A DNA stretch of 64,000 nucleotides. It comes from Candidatus Gottesmanbacteria bacterium. GTDB lineage: Bacteria; Patescibacteriota; Microgenomatia; UBA10105; UBA927. The first letter of the stretch is position 1. Every line of letters starts with the position of its first letter. Position numbers and translations under genes: made by a program. Location: NCBI GenBank assembly GCA_963790805.1, contig CAWBPL010000002.1:128696-192695 (forward strand). The letters are read 5' to 3'. The notes under the pieces are model-generated. The model ran no database searches. It saw nothing but the letters and a program-made list of their open reading frames with translations, and had not been told where the DNA came from. This document shows positions 20,601 to 28,920 of the stretch, piece by piece.

Positions 20601-20996
20601 GACGACGCATCGTTCAATACCATTAATAATGAATGTTCCGTTTTCCGTCATGGCCGGTATATCGCCCAAAAATACTTCCTGCGTCACGTGATGGCCTGTT
20701 TGTTTGTTGGCAAGTGTCGCTGTTACTTTGAGGGGCATGTCAAACGTCAATCCTTTTTCAAGTGCAATCTGAGGGGTCAAGCGCGGGCGGCCGAAGTAAT
20801 AATCACCAAATGCGAGTTCCCAGTTTTTTCCGGTAAAATCAGTAATCGGCGTTACTTCAACAATGAGGTCTTTAATTCCCTGTTCCAAAAACCACTGATA
20901 CGATTCGCGTTGAACCAAGGTAAGGTCCAGCGTCGGAATATCGGTAAAATTTTTTCCCCAATACAATCGTGGTGATGTGGTTGTATCTTTGCCCAT
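17601..20996 (-). CDS. rpoB: DNA-directed RNA polymerase subunit beta
   Basis: Conserved blocks run throughout the sequence (GRHGNKGVISKV, GGQRLGEMEVWALEA). It has a ~70-aa acidic/Thr-rich C-terminal tail. Confidence 0.98.
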   Translation of the reverse strand: MGKDTTTSPRLYWGKNFTDIPTLDLTLVQRESYQWFLEQGIKDLIVEVTPITDFTGKNWELAFGDYYFGRPRLTPQIALEKGLTFDMPLKVTATLANKQTGHHVTQEVFLGDIPAMTENGTFIINGIERCVVNQLVRSPGIYFTGTMDSTTGKTLHSAEIRPMHGSWLEFIMTRNDVLMVRIDRRRKFVASTFLRAIGLGTNEEIIEAFKSADVNPDHHYIEATLVKDPTKNHTEAVLELYRKLRPGEPIVLDNAQELLRTMFFDYRRYSLERVGRYKMNKKLGISVANDREHWVLTKEDIIGSIKKLIDLANGKDDADDIDHLGNRRVRRVGELVATNAFRVGLLRLERSVREKMSLAGPSAEDLTPMQLVNARPIIASINDFFRTSQLSTILDQTNPLAEVDNLRRLTVMGTGGISRERASFSIRDINASQYGRICPVRSPEGPNIGLVTYMSLYARVNEYGFLETPYRKVEKITRGSKQVMHLTNEVVYLDASDEQYKYITHAGIAIDTEGNIVDERVPVRYKGEFLEADATLVEYIDVVPRQVVGAPASLIPFIAHDEANRALMGTHMQCQAVPLLNPQSPIVGTGMEAAISETMGRVIRAKDDGVVTYADGSKVIFETKDGQTETYAVMKYSRSAQSTAYNQRVSAKTGDKVKKGHVLVDAPASDEGELALGANVTIAYMSFDGLGYEDAIVISDRLVKEDVLTSVHIEEYEASVVDTKLGPEETTRDIPNVGEEALRNLDENGIVVVGAEVSPNDILVGKIAPKGETELTAEERLLRAIFGEKAREVRDTSLRVPHGERGTVIDVKILDKEKGDELEPGTNRKIVVKVAQMRKVVVGDKLAGRHGNKGVISKVVPQGDMPYLADGTVVDVIISPLSVLSRMNLGQLLEAHLGLAASKLNIKVALPVFEPVKEDRIVEKLKEAGVPVSGKSVLFDGRTGEPFKEEVVVGVGYILKLIHMVEDKTHARSTGPYSLVTQQPLGGKAQMGGQRLGEMEVWALEAHRAAHVLQEMLTIKSDDVVGRAKAFEAIVKGSDIPESTIPESFKVLVKELQALGLSVSPTGVVTAKPLPATPTSATTSQTVADDIVKKEAEEIAKASGEETVAEEAPATTVAEVKPEDEAVTTKE

Positions 20997-21089
20997 TTGA
21001 ATAATTTCTTGCGAAAAAACTACTTCTATGAACGACGAAAAGAAGCGAACAATGAACGTTCGCCTCTAAACTTATTGACTTAACTTCGT

Positions 21090-21117
21090 ATTATACTCAC
21101 TTTCTTTGGCTTGTCAA
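21090..21117 (-). promoter_or_regulatory. Consensus sigma70 promoter upstream of rpoB (TTGACA-16 nt-TATAAT)
   Basis: The reverse strand reads TTGACAagccaaagaaagtgagTATAAT. The -35 element is at 21117..21112 and the -10 at 21095..21090, about 90 nt upstream of the rpoB ATG. Confidence 0.6.
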
Positions 21118-21137
21118 TATGCGACTGGTTTGTCCTT

Positions 21138-21980
21138 TTATGAACGGGAATTTTTCAAAATATACGTATCCTGTGAATAGCCGCCGACGCCCACAAACGT
21201 CGCGCGGCCTGCAACAATCGCTTCATATGGTCGACATACGCGGCACCCTTCTTTTGAGGCACAAACGAAATGGTCTAGCTTCCGTGCCAGCGCTATCTTT
21301 TTGGCAATTTCCAAAATCCGCGCGTTAGCCTCTGCAATATCCGGCAATGGTACCTCATTTGGCGTATTATCGCGGTCCAGATACCAGTAGCTTGCCTTCG
21401 ACACGGGGAATTTCTGACAATTTTTTACCAACAATAAATATATAGGAAGCTGCAATGAATCCGGATCTTCATCAAACTTGCCGGTTTTAAAGTCAATTAT
21501 GTGTACGGACTCGGATGCTTCAAGATATTCAATCCAGTCGATTTTTCCGCAAAGAATGATGTTATCTTCTTCCGACAACCAGAAATACGGCAAATCCTGA
21601 CGTATTTTTATGGCTTTCCTGCCTAAGGGACCCCGATTGACCATAATCCGTTTAATCATGGCCGCTCCCCGCGCTTTAAATTTTGCTTCCTCGTCACTGT
21701 TGGAAAATCCTCCCAAATCACCCGAAATGGTTTTCCATGACTCATCAAATTGATCCAAAAGTGATTTTTTAAACCGGTCCTCAACGGGAAGAGACGATAA
21801 CGATTCAACCACTCCGTGCACCGCCTGACCCAATGCCAACGGCGGTTGCATCAGCATAATTTTATGATTCGTCTTGGGGTCGCGGTATACGTTTTTGAGG
21901 TAATACGCGCGCGGGCACTTGAGATAGTCGCTTATGGATGAATGGGATACCCAAACCGCTGAATATTTATCTTTTATCAT
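21138..21980 (-). CDS. PD-(D/E)XK nuclease with a Cas4/AddB-type four-Cys (Fe-S) arrangement
   Basis: An N-terminal Cys sits in DYLKCPRAYYL, with a C-terminal cluster CASKEGCRVCRPY. Core motifs are GKIDWIEY...HIIDFKTGK. The track start at 22016 is a TTG; I prefer the ATG at 21980. Confidence 0.7.
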   Translation of the reverse strand: MIKDKYSAVWVSHSSISDYLKCPRAYYLKNVYRDPKTNHKIMLMQPPLALGQAVHGVVESLSSLPVEDRFKKSLLDQFDESWKTISGDLGGFSNSDEEAKFKARGAAMIKRIMVNRGPLGRKAIKIRQDLPYFWLSEEDNIILCGKIDWIEYLEASESVHIIDFKTGKFDEDPDSLQLPIYLLLVKNCQKFPVSKASYWYLDRDNTPNEVPLPDIAEANARILEIAKKIALARKLDHFVCASKEGCRVCRPYEAIVAGRATFVGVGGYSQDTYILKNSRS

Positions 21981-22023
21981 AGACCGTGTGCACCAATGTG
22001 CTTTCGTATAGTACAATATTGCA

Positions 22024-22947
22024 ATGATTAATCAAGTTGATTTGGCAGAGGCGAAAGTTGTGTGGGATCGGGCATATAAAAAAAACCCGCTTCATGTGCC
22101 GTTTTTTACGCATCTGTGGCACACCAACTGGAAAGAAATTCTGGGCGCACCGTTTCAACCAATGTATTTGATTATTGATGATGAAATAATGGCACCGTTT
22201 GTTACAGATGGTGAAAAAGCGTTTTTCTCAGGCGGCGAGGAAATCGGCGATTATCTTGATATTATCGGCCCCGAAGAGAAAAAGCAGCACGCGTGGCAGG
22301 AAATTATTGCGTATCTGAAAAACCGGCACATACCATCAGTATCGCTTCGCAATGTTCCGGAAAATTCCCCTACCGTTTCTTTTTTCCGGAACCAGCCGTC
22401 AGCGAAGGTTGAAAAAGAGGATACGACGCCGAAACTTGCCGTTCCCGATTCGTGGGAAAAATTCATAGAGTCCTTAGACCGGAAGTCGCGGCATGAGCTT
22501 GAACGAAAAATCCGTAAATTTGAGCGGGAACACGTGGATACCCAAGTGATAGAAAGCGACAATGTACCAAACGACATCGACAAGCTTTTGACATTAATGG
22601 AGAAAGATCCCGACAAAAAGGCATTTCTCACTCCCGACATGAAAACATTCTTCAAAAAAACGGCCGTAACATTTGCAGAGCATATTTCCCTTTTATTTGT
22701 CACAATGGGCGACAAAACGGCGGCATCAACGTTTTCTTTTGTTGAGGATAACAACATATATTTATATAATTCCGGATTTGATAAGGAATGCTGCGCAAAT
22801 GCGGGATTTTATCTTAAGGCCATAAACGTTAAACGGGCAATTGAAAACCGGCGGGTCGAATATAATTTTTTACAGGGCGACGAACGGTATAAATACGAAT
22901 TAGGCGGAAAAGATTTCCTCGTGTACTCAATACAGTTTCAATTATAA
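22024..22947 (+). CDS. GNAT-fold acetyltransferase of the CelD/BcsL/FemAB-like type
   Basis: The C-terminal pattern YLYNSGFD...NAGFYLKAINVKRAIENRRVEYNFLQGDERYKYELGG resembles the CelD-like Acetyltransf_6 family. A TACAAT hexamer lies 6 nt upstream of the ATG. Confidence 0.65.
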   Translation: MINQVDLAEAKVVWDRAYKKNPLHVPFFTHLWHTNWKEILGAPFQPMYLIIDDEIMAPFVTDGEKAFFSGGEEIGDYLDIIGPEEKKQHAWQEIIAYLKNRHIPSVSLRNVPENSPTVSFFRNQPSAKVEKEDTTPKLAVPDSWEKFIESLDRKSRHELERKIRKFEREHVDTQVIESDNVPNDIDKLLTLMEKDPDKKAFLTPDMKTFFKKTAVTFAEHISLLFVTMGDKTAASTFSFVEDNNIYLYNSGFDKECCANAGFYLKAINVKRAIENRRVEYNFLQGDERYKYELGGKDFLVYSIQFQL

Positions 22948-23026
22948 TTGCGCGCTCACGGCAACGACATTCGTCGAACCTGATCAGATTTGGCAAAAAA
23001 TACTGTATGATGGTAATGAGCCTCCT

Positions 23027-23986
23027 ATGGATATTATTTATCATCCCGTCGTTTTGGAACATCTGACTGTGAATCACCCTGAAAATAACCAGAGGATTCT
23101 CTGCCTCGGGGATTTGCCGGTCACCGAACTTCCGTATTCTACCGATCCGCTTACTCTTGTCCATCCGCAACAGTATATTAATGAAGTGAAACGGGCGTGT
23201 GAAACAAGTACGCCGCTTGATGCCGATACACAAACGTCACCGAAATCATGGGATGCGGCGCTCTACGCAGTGGCGGCAACTATCAGGGCGTCGGAAACGA
23301 ACGGATTCGCCCTTGTGCGACCTCCGGGCCATCATGCACACGCATCCTATGGCCACGGATTTTGTTTATTTAATAACATAGCGATAGCAACGCAAAAATT
23401 CGTTCGCGACGGCAAACGCGTTTTTATTTTTGATTTCGACGGACATCTGGGAGACGGTACGGAAGAAATTTTTTACAATACCGACAAGGTTCTCTACTTT
23501 TCGCTTCACCAGTTTCCCGCATTCCCCCAGAAGGGATCGGTTGATGAAATTGGAGCCGGCGCAGGAACCGGATTCACCATCAATGTGCCGCTTCCGCCCA
23601 AATCCGCGGATGACATATATCTTCAGGCCATCCAAACACTCCTTCCGGTAGCAAAACAATTCAAACCGGATGTCGTTGCCGTATCGGCGGGATTCGACGG
23701 ACACAAACTTGATCCCCTTCTCGATCTGGAACTCAGCGTTAATACGTATTATGAAATAGGAACATTGCTTCGGAATAATTTTCCCGAGGTATTTGCGACG
23801 CTGGAAGGCGGATATAATACAGACATACTGCCCAGATGTTTTTATAATTTTCTTGACGGGATAAACGGCAACCCGAAACGCTTTTTGGAAGATACAACGG
23901 AGTCAACGATACTGACGATGGAAGCATTTGAACTGGATTTGGAAAAACTCGTTCACAATCTTTCGCCGTACTGGAAGTTATCGTAA
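23027..23986 (+). CDS. Zn-dependent histone-deacetylase-family protein (AcuC / acetylpolyamine amidohydrolase-like)
   Basis: Contains RPPGHHA, GFCLFNN, DFDGHLGDGT and the EGGYN motif. Confidence 0.9.
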   Translation: MDIIYHPVVLEHLTVNHPENNQRILCLGDLPVTELPYSTDPLTLVHPQQYINEVKRACETSTPLDADTQTSPKSWDAALYAVAATIRASETNGFALVRPPGHHAHASYGHGFCLFNNIAIATQKFVRDGKRVFIFDFDGHLGDGTEEIFYNTDKVLYFSLHQFPAFPQKGSVDEIGAGAGTGFTINVPLPPKSADDIYLQAIQTLLPVAKQFKPDVVAVSAGFDGHKLDPLLDLELSVNTYYEIGTLLRNNFPEVFATLEGGYNTDILPRCFYNFLDGINGNPKRFLEDTTESTILTMEAFELDLEKLVHNLSPYWKLS

Positions 23987-23993
23987 ACAATCT

Positions 23994-26672
23994 ATGATTA
24001 AAAACGGTCTGAAAACGCTCTTTAATCCGAAAACGATCGCAGTCATCGGTGCGTCAAACAAAAAAGAACACACCGGCTATGCGATCATGAAAAATCTTAT
24101 CTACGACGGGTTCAGCGGCCGCGTGTATCCGGTTAACCCGAATGCGGAAAGTGTTTTCGGAAGCAAATCATACAAAGCGGTCGGAGATATTCCGGAACCG
24201 GTCGATCTGGCCATTATCGCCATCCCCGCCGCCCAAGTTCCTGAGCTTCTGGAAGCATGCGGAAAAGCGAAAATACCAAGCGCCATAATTATTTCGTCCG
24301 GCTTCATGGAATCGGGTGCCGGCGGCGAATCGCTCTTTCATAAAATTTCTGAAATAGCTGCAGCCTACGATATAACGATATTGGGCCCGAACTGTCTCGG
24401 ATTTATCCGCCCCTCAAAATCATTAAATGCGAGCTTTGCCGATAAAATGGCCCGTCCCGGCGGAATTGCATTCATATCCCAAAGCGGCGCGCTGGGCAGT
24501 GCGGTCCTCGACTGGTCCATCAAACAGCACGTGGGATTCAGCTATTTCGTTTCCATCGGAGAAACACTGAATGTCGGATTCCATGACCTTATCGATTACT
24601 TCGGAAACGATCCGGAAACGACGAGCATACTTTTGTACATGGAATCGCTGGATTCCGCAAGAAAATTTTTAAGCGCTGCTCGGGCATATGCGCGGACCAA
24701 ACCGATCGTGGTACTTAAAGCCGGCAAAAGCCGAGAGGGGGCACGCGCAGCGCATTCCCATACAGGAAGCTTAGCCGGAAACGATCAGGTGTTTGATGCC
24801 GCGTTTGCCAGAGCCGGCATGCTTCGCGTCAATACGATTGGCGAACTGTTTGATTGCGCAGAGGTTCTTGCCACCCAGCGGCATCCATCAGGAAACAGGC
24901 TTGCGATCGTCACTAATGCGGGCGGCCCCGGTGTCATTGCCACGGATTATCTTATGGGTAAAGGCGGCGAATTGTCTTCGCTTTCAGCGGATACCATGAG
25001 TGCTCTTGATTCGTTCCTGCCCTCAGCATGGAGCAAAGGAAATCCCGTTGACGTGCTGGGTGATGCTGACGCGCTCCGGTATAAAAAAGCCGTTGAGACG
25101 GTGCTTCTGGACCCGTCTGTCGACGCGGTATTAACGCTTCTGACCCCGCAGGCAATGACCCATCCGTTATCAGTTGCCGAAGAACTCATAGCCATTTCCC
25201 AGAAAAATCAAAAAACCATTCTTACGTCTTTCTTGGGAGAAGACGACGTTGCCGACGCGCGGAACCTTTTGATGAAAGCGCACATCCCGACCTATGAAAC
25301 GCCTGAGGAAGCGATAAAAAGTTTTATCAATCTATACACGTATGCCAAAAATCTGGAACTTCTCTACGAAACGCCGGCAACAACCCCCCACGCCTTTACG
25401 CCGAAAACTGAGGAAAATAAAAAGATCATCGAGGGCGCGGTGAAAAAGGAGCGGTTCGTACTTACGGAACAGGAAGCCAAACAGATGCTTGCAAATTACG
25501 ATATGCCCATCCCGCAATCATTCGTTTCCATTTCCCCCGATGACGCCGCACAAAAAGCAAAATCAGCAGGGTTTCCGGTTGCCATGAAAATCGTCTCGCC
25601 GGATATTCTTCACAAAATCGACGTCGGCGGCGTAAAGCTCAACATCAAATCTGAAGAGGAAGCAAAAGCCGCCTATACGGACATTGTCAATTCAAGTAAA
25701 ACCCACGTACCGGATGCGGAAATCATCGGCGTACTTGTGGAGACTATGTATTCGAAAAAATACGAGCTTTTTATCGGTTGCAAAAAAGATCCGATTTTCG
25801 GCCCCGCTATAGTCTTTGGTCTGGGAGGCATAGCCGTTGAATTATTTAATGACATTGCCGTAGGCCTTCCGCCACTTAACATGGCGCTTGCGATGCGGAT
25901 GATCATGAGCACTAAAGTATATAAACTCCTTTCCGGCTTTCGCGGAACGACGAGCGTTGATATCAGCTCAATTCAGTTTTTACTCTATAAATTTTCCTAT
26001 CTCGTTATGGATTTTCCGGAAATTAAGGAAATTGACATCAATCCGTTCGGCGTTGATGAAAAGGGAGGCGTGGTCCTTGACGCAAAAATAATTCTCGATG
26101 AATCAATTATCCAGACTCCCGTCAAACCGTATAGTCATCTGGTTATCTCTCCGTATCCTTCGAAATATGTGAAAGAGGTGAAACTCGCATCCGGTAAAGA
26201 GGTAACGCTCCGGCCGATCCGCCCCGAGGACGAACCGGAGGAAGCCGAGATGTTTACGCACTTTTCGGAAGAGACAGAGCGGCTCCGTTTTTTCACACGG
26301 ATTAAAGATATTACCCATCAGCTTCTGATCCGCTATACGCAGATAGATTACGACCGCGAAATCGCAATCATTGCAGAGGAAAATGAAAATGGGAAAAAAC
26401 ATATGATGGGTGTTGTGCGGCTCATTGCGGATCCCTATGGCGATACTGCTGAATTTGCCATTGTTATTGCCGACCCGTGGCAGCATATGGGCTTGGGAAA
26501 AATTCTTATGGATTATATTCTGGATATCGCAAAAGAGCGGGCCATTAAAAAAATTTACGCATATGTTCTTCCGGATAATAAACAAATGCTGACCATGATG
26601 CAGAAACGGCAATTCACCGTACGCCGGCAGGAAGACAATATGCTTGCAGAATTGGAATTACATTCCGGCTGA
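23994..26672 (+). CDS. Pat/PatZ-like protein: NDP-forming acyl-CoA synthetase-like domains fused to a C-terminal GNAT
   Basis: The N-terminal region has a CoA-binding domain (IAVIGASNK, PVNP) and an ATP-grasp region. The C-terminal GNAT region covers LRPIRPEDE...GVVRLIADP...QHMGLGKILMDYIL. The start was moved to the ATG at 23994; the track begins at 23928 inside the HDAC gene. Confidence 0.85.
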   Translation: MIKNGLKTLFNPKTIAVIGASNKKEHTGYAIMKNLIYDGFSGRVYPVNPNAESVFGSKSYKAVGDIPEPVDLAIIAIPAAQVPELLEACGKAKIPSAIIISSGFMESGAGGESLFHKISEIAAAYDITILGPNCLGFIRPSKSLNASFADKMARPGGIAFISQSGALGSAVLDWSIKQHVGFSYFVSIGETLNVGFHDLIDYFGNDPETTSILLYMESLDSARKFLSAARAYARTKPIVVLKAGKSREGARAAHSHTGSLAGNDQVFDAAFARAGMLRVNTIGELFDCAEVLATQRHPSGNRLAIVTNAGGPGVIATDYLMGKGGELSSLSADTMSALDSFLPSAWSKGNPVDVLGDADALRYKKAVETVLLDPSVDAVLTLLTPQAMTHPLSVAEELIAISQKNQKTILTSFLGEDDVADARNLLMKAHIPTYETPEEAIKSFINLYTYAKNLELLYETPATTPHAFTPKTEENKKIIEGAVKKERFVLTEQEAKQMLANYDMPIPQSFVSISPDDAAQKAKSAGFPVAMKIVSPDILHKIDVGGVKLNIKSEEEAKAAYTDIVNSSKTHVPDAEIIGVLVETMYSKKYELFIGCKKDPIFGPAIVFGLGGIAVELFNDIAVGLPPLNMALAMRMIMSTKVYKLLSGFRGTTSVDISSIQFLLYKFSYLVMDFPEIKEIDINPFGVDEKGGVVLDAKIILDESIIQTPVKPYSHLVISPYPSKYVKEVKLASGKEVTLRPIRPEDEPEEAEMFTHFSEETERLRFFTRIKDITHQLLIRYTQIDYDREIAIIAEENENGKKHMMGVVRLIADPYGDTAEFAIVIADPWQHMGLGKILMDYILDIAKERAIKKIYAYVLPDNKQMLTMMQKRQFTVRRQEDNMLAELELHSG

Positions 26673-26674
26673 AT

Positions 26675-27559
26675 ATGAAACGGTTTTTCACAACCTACGT
26701 CATTTTAGCAATCACAACTCTCTGTATTTCGTTTTTCGGAATCCGCCTGCTTTACCCCACACCTGTGACGCTTCACCCGCTTGCCAGATTAACCATCCCT
26801 TCGCGCCTCGTAACCGTGTATTTACCCGGTCCCTATGAAGCGGCGTATATCGAATCCCCTGTCTTGGGAGCAGAAACTATAGATCCCGATGACATCATCA
26901 CGTATATCAATAATGAACGGATGAAACGCGGGGCGCCGCCGCTTGTGAAAAACGCATTGCTTACCAAGGCCGCCCAGATGCGGGCGAACGTCATATTGAA
27001 ATATCAGAATTTTTCCCATCAGGACCCCCATGAACACATACAACTTGATACCGTTCTTCCAATGGTCAATTATCCGTTTATTTATGCGTCCGAAAATATC
27101 GGCATGGGAAATAATTCCGCCGAAGATTTCGTCAACGGATTTATGAGCAGCGCGAGTCACAGGGCAAATTTGTTGAATCCCGAACTGCAGGAAACAGGAG
27201 TCGCTCTTGTCAGCGGCCAGTACAAACAATATTGGGTGAATATCGTCGTCCAGATATTTGCGATTCCCACAACCGAAGACAATTATTTAGGATATACAAC
27301 CAATGATGTGAACCAGTATAAAAATTTATTGGCGGATGTGAACCAGCAGCTTGCGCTTACCCGCGACCGGCTCAGCAATCATATCGGCAATATGGAGTAT
27401 TACGAAGGATGGCAAAAAATTCTTATCCGCCAGCAGGAAATACTGACAGAGCTCTATGACACGACGCTCAACCGCCAGCCGTTTGTAAAAAATATTATTT
27501 CGCTTATGAGCGAATATAACCAGAACTGGAATCTCGTCCCCAAACAATCCAATATCTAA
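26675..27559 (+). CDS. Membrane-anchored CAP/SCP (YkwD-like) domain protein
   Basis: An N-terminal TM segment is followed by NNERMKRGAPPL...AAQMRANV...ENIGMG...FMSSASHRANLLNPELQETGVAL. Confidence 0.8.
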   Translation: MKRFFTTYVILAITTLCISFFGIRLLYPTPVTLHPLARLTIPSRLVTVYLPGPYEAAYIESPVLGAETIDPDDIITYINNERMKRGAPPLVKNALLTKAAQMRANVILKYQNFSHQDPHEHIQLDTVLPMVNYPFIYASENIGMGNNSAEDFVNGFMSSASHRANLLNPELQETGVALVSGQYKQYWVNIVVQIFAIPTTEDNYLGYTTNDVNQYKNLLADVNQQLALTRDRLSNHIGNMEYYEGWQKILIRQQEILTELYDTTLNRQPFVKNIISLMSEYNQNWNLVPKQSNI

Positions 27560-27569
27560 GTATTATTTC

Positions 27570-27598
27570 TTGACAAAAATATCCTCAGGACCTACGAT
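27570..27598 (+). promoter_or_regulatory. Putative promoter of the metK leader (TTGACA-17 nt-TACGAT)
   Basis: TTGACA is at 27570..27575 and TACGAT at 27593..27598. The predicted TSS falls at the 5' edge of the riboswitch. Confidence 0.5.
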
Positions 27599-27600
27599 AA

Positions 27601-27730
27601 TCGTACAAATATCAGGAGAGTGGCGAGGGATCTAGCCCGATGACCCACCAGCAACCGGTTTCGATTAATCGTGAATACGGTGCTACAGCTAGACCCCGAC
27701 TGAAACGTCGGGATCGATATGATCACACGA
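27601..27730 (+). promoter_or_regulatory. SAM-I (S-box) riboswitch
   Basis: AUAUCAGGAGAGUGGCGAGGGAUCUAGCCCGAUGACCCACCAGCAACC...CGGUGCUACAGCUAGA aligns almost base-for-base with the S-box core (CUUAUCAAGAGAGGUGGAGGGACUGGCCCGAUGAAACCCGGCAACC...GGUGCCAAUUCC). P4 is CCCGAC-UGAAAC-GUCGGG. It sits directly upstream of metK. Confidence 0.85.
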
Positions 27731-28891
27731 GTGATAAAAACGCTCCAACTCCACGCATCTGAATCCGTCACCGCGGGGCACCCCGATAAAATTTGCGATC
27801 AGATAGCCGCTGAAATACTGGATCAGGCTATTATTGCCTGCCGCCCTTCTCACACCCGTCCGCGCGTGGCAATCGAGGTATCGGCAAAAGGAAATATAAA
27901 CGGCGGGACGCTTCTTGTATTCGGAGAAGTAACGCTTCCGAAGGGCGTAAAACTTCAGTATGAAAATATTGCACGGCGGACGATCGCGGAAATCGGCTAT
28001 ACGGATCCCAATGCGGGATTTCACTCGAAGTTAAAGGAATTAATTATCAGGATCACCGAACAATCCGCGGATATAAATAATGGTGTAACCAAAAAGCGAA
28101 CTGGCGCCGGCGATCAGGGGCTCATGTTCGGCGCGGCAGTTGATGAAAACCCGCAGCTTATGCCGATGCCGATCGTCATTGCTCATGATCTGACGCTTAC
28201 CTATACAAAAATGCAGAAAACAAAAATGCCGTATTTGCGTCCCGACGGGAAAGCGCAGGCGGTGCTTGTTTATAAAAACGGAAAACCTGCCGGCATCCAT
28301 AAAATAATCATCGCCGCTTCGCATGACAAAGGCATCACGTTAAAACAATTAAGAAATGATGTTATACGCAACATTATTACGCCGGTACTGAAGTCTCACG
28401 GGTTTACTATTTCAAATCCCGAAGAACAAATAGTCGTTAACGGTGCGGGCCCGTGGACCACCTACGGTCCGCTTGCCGATGCCGGTACGACGAACCGGAA
28501 AATAATCGTTGATTCCTACGGCGGCAGGTTTTCCCACGGCGGCGGCGGATTTAACGGCAAGGATCCCACGAAAGTCGATCTGGCCGGAGCCGTCGGCGCG
28601 AGATATGTCGCCAAACGGCTGGTCGCGGAAGGGTTTGCGAAAAAAGTGCAGATAGAGGTGAGCTACGTCATCGGACTTCCCGATCCGCTTTCCATAAATA
28701 TCGAAACGTTTGATACGGAGAAAAAATCCGGAAAAATTATTGAAGGGCGCGCCCGCGAATTACTGGATCTTTCGGTTGACGGCATTATCGAAGGATTACA
28801 ACTATTTCAACCGATATATAGATCTGCATCCGTCGGAGGATTCTTTGGACGGGACATATTTCCGTGGGAACAAATCGAAAAAACCGGCTGA
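27719..28891 (+). CDS. metK: S-adenosylmethionine synthetase
   Basis: Contains SESVTAGHPDKICDQI, GAGDQGLMFGAA and GGGGFNGKDPTKVD. Confidence 0.97.
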   Translation: MITRVIKTLQLHASESVTAGHPDKICDQIAAEILDQAIIACRPSHTRPRVAIEVSAKGNINGGTLLVFGEVTLPKGVKLQYENIARRTIAEIGYTDPNAGFHSKLKELIIRITEQSADINNGVTKKRTGAGDQGLMFGAAVDENPQLMPMPIVIAHDLTLTYTKMQKTKMPYLRPDGKAQAVLVYKNGKPAGIHKIIIAASHDKGITLKQLRNDVIRNIITPVLKSHGFTISNPEEQIVVNGAGPWTTYGPLADAGTTNRKIIVDSYGGRFSHGGGGFNGKDPTKVDLAGAVGARYVAKRLVAEGFAKKVQIEVSYVIGLPDPLSINIETFDTEKKSGKIIEGRARELLDLSVDGIIEGLQLFQPIYRSASVGGFFGRDIFPWEQIEKTG

Positions 28892-28920
28892 CAAACCGCG
28901 CGGGACCAATCATTAAGGAA

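Noticed and set aside
23928-23993. N-terminal extensions offered by the ORF track: 23928 for Pat, 47548 for typA, 2935 and 2774 for the divergent hydrolase/DUF421 pair, 22016, 30749, 7937, 6699, 10002, 12187, 35168, 37921 and 60182.
   Set aside because: Some of the extensions I checked begin at TTG or GTG codons (47548, 22016, 30749, 7937, 6699). The extensions overlap the preceding gene or a promoter and precede a well-placed ATG that matches the conserved N-terminus of the family.
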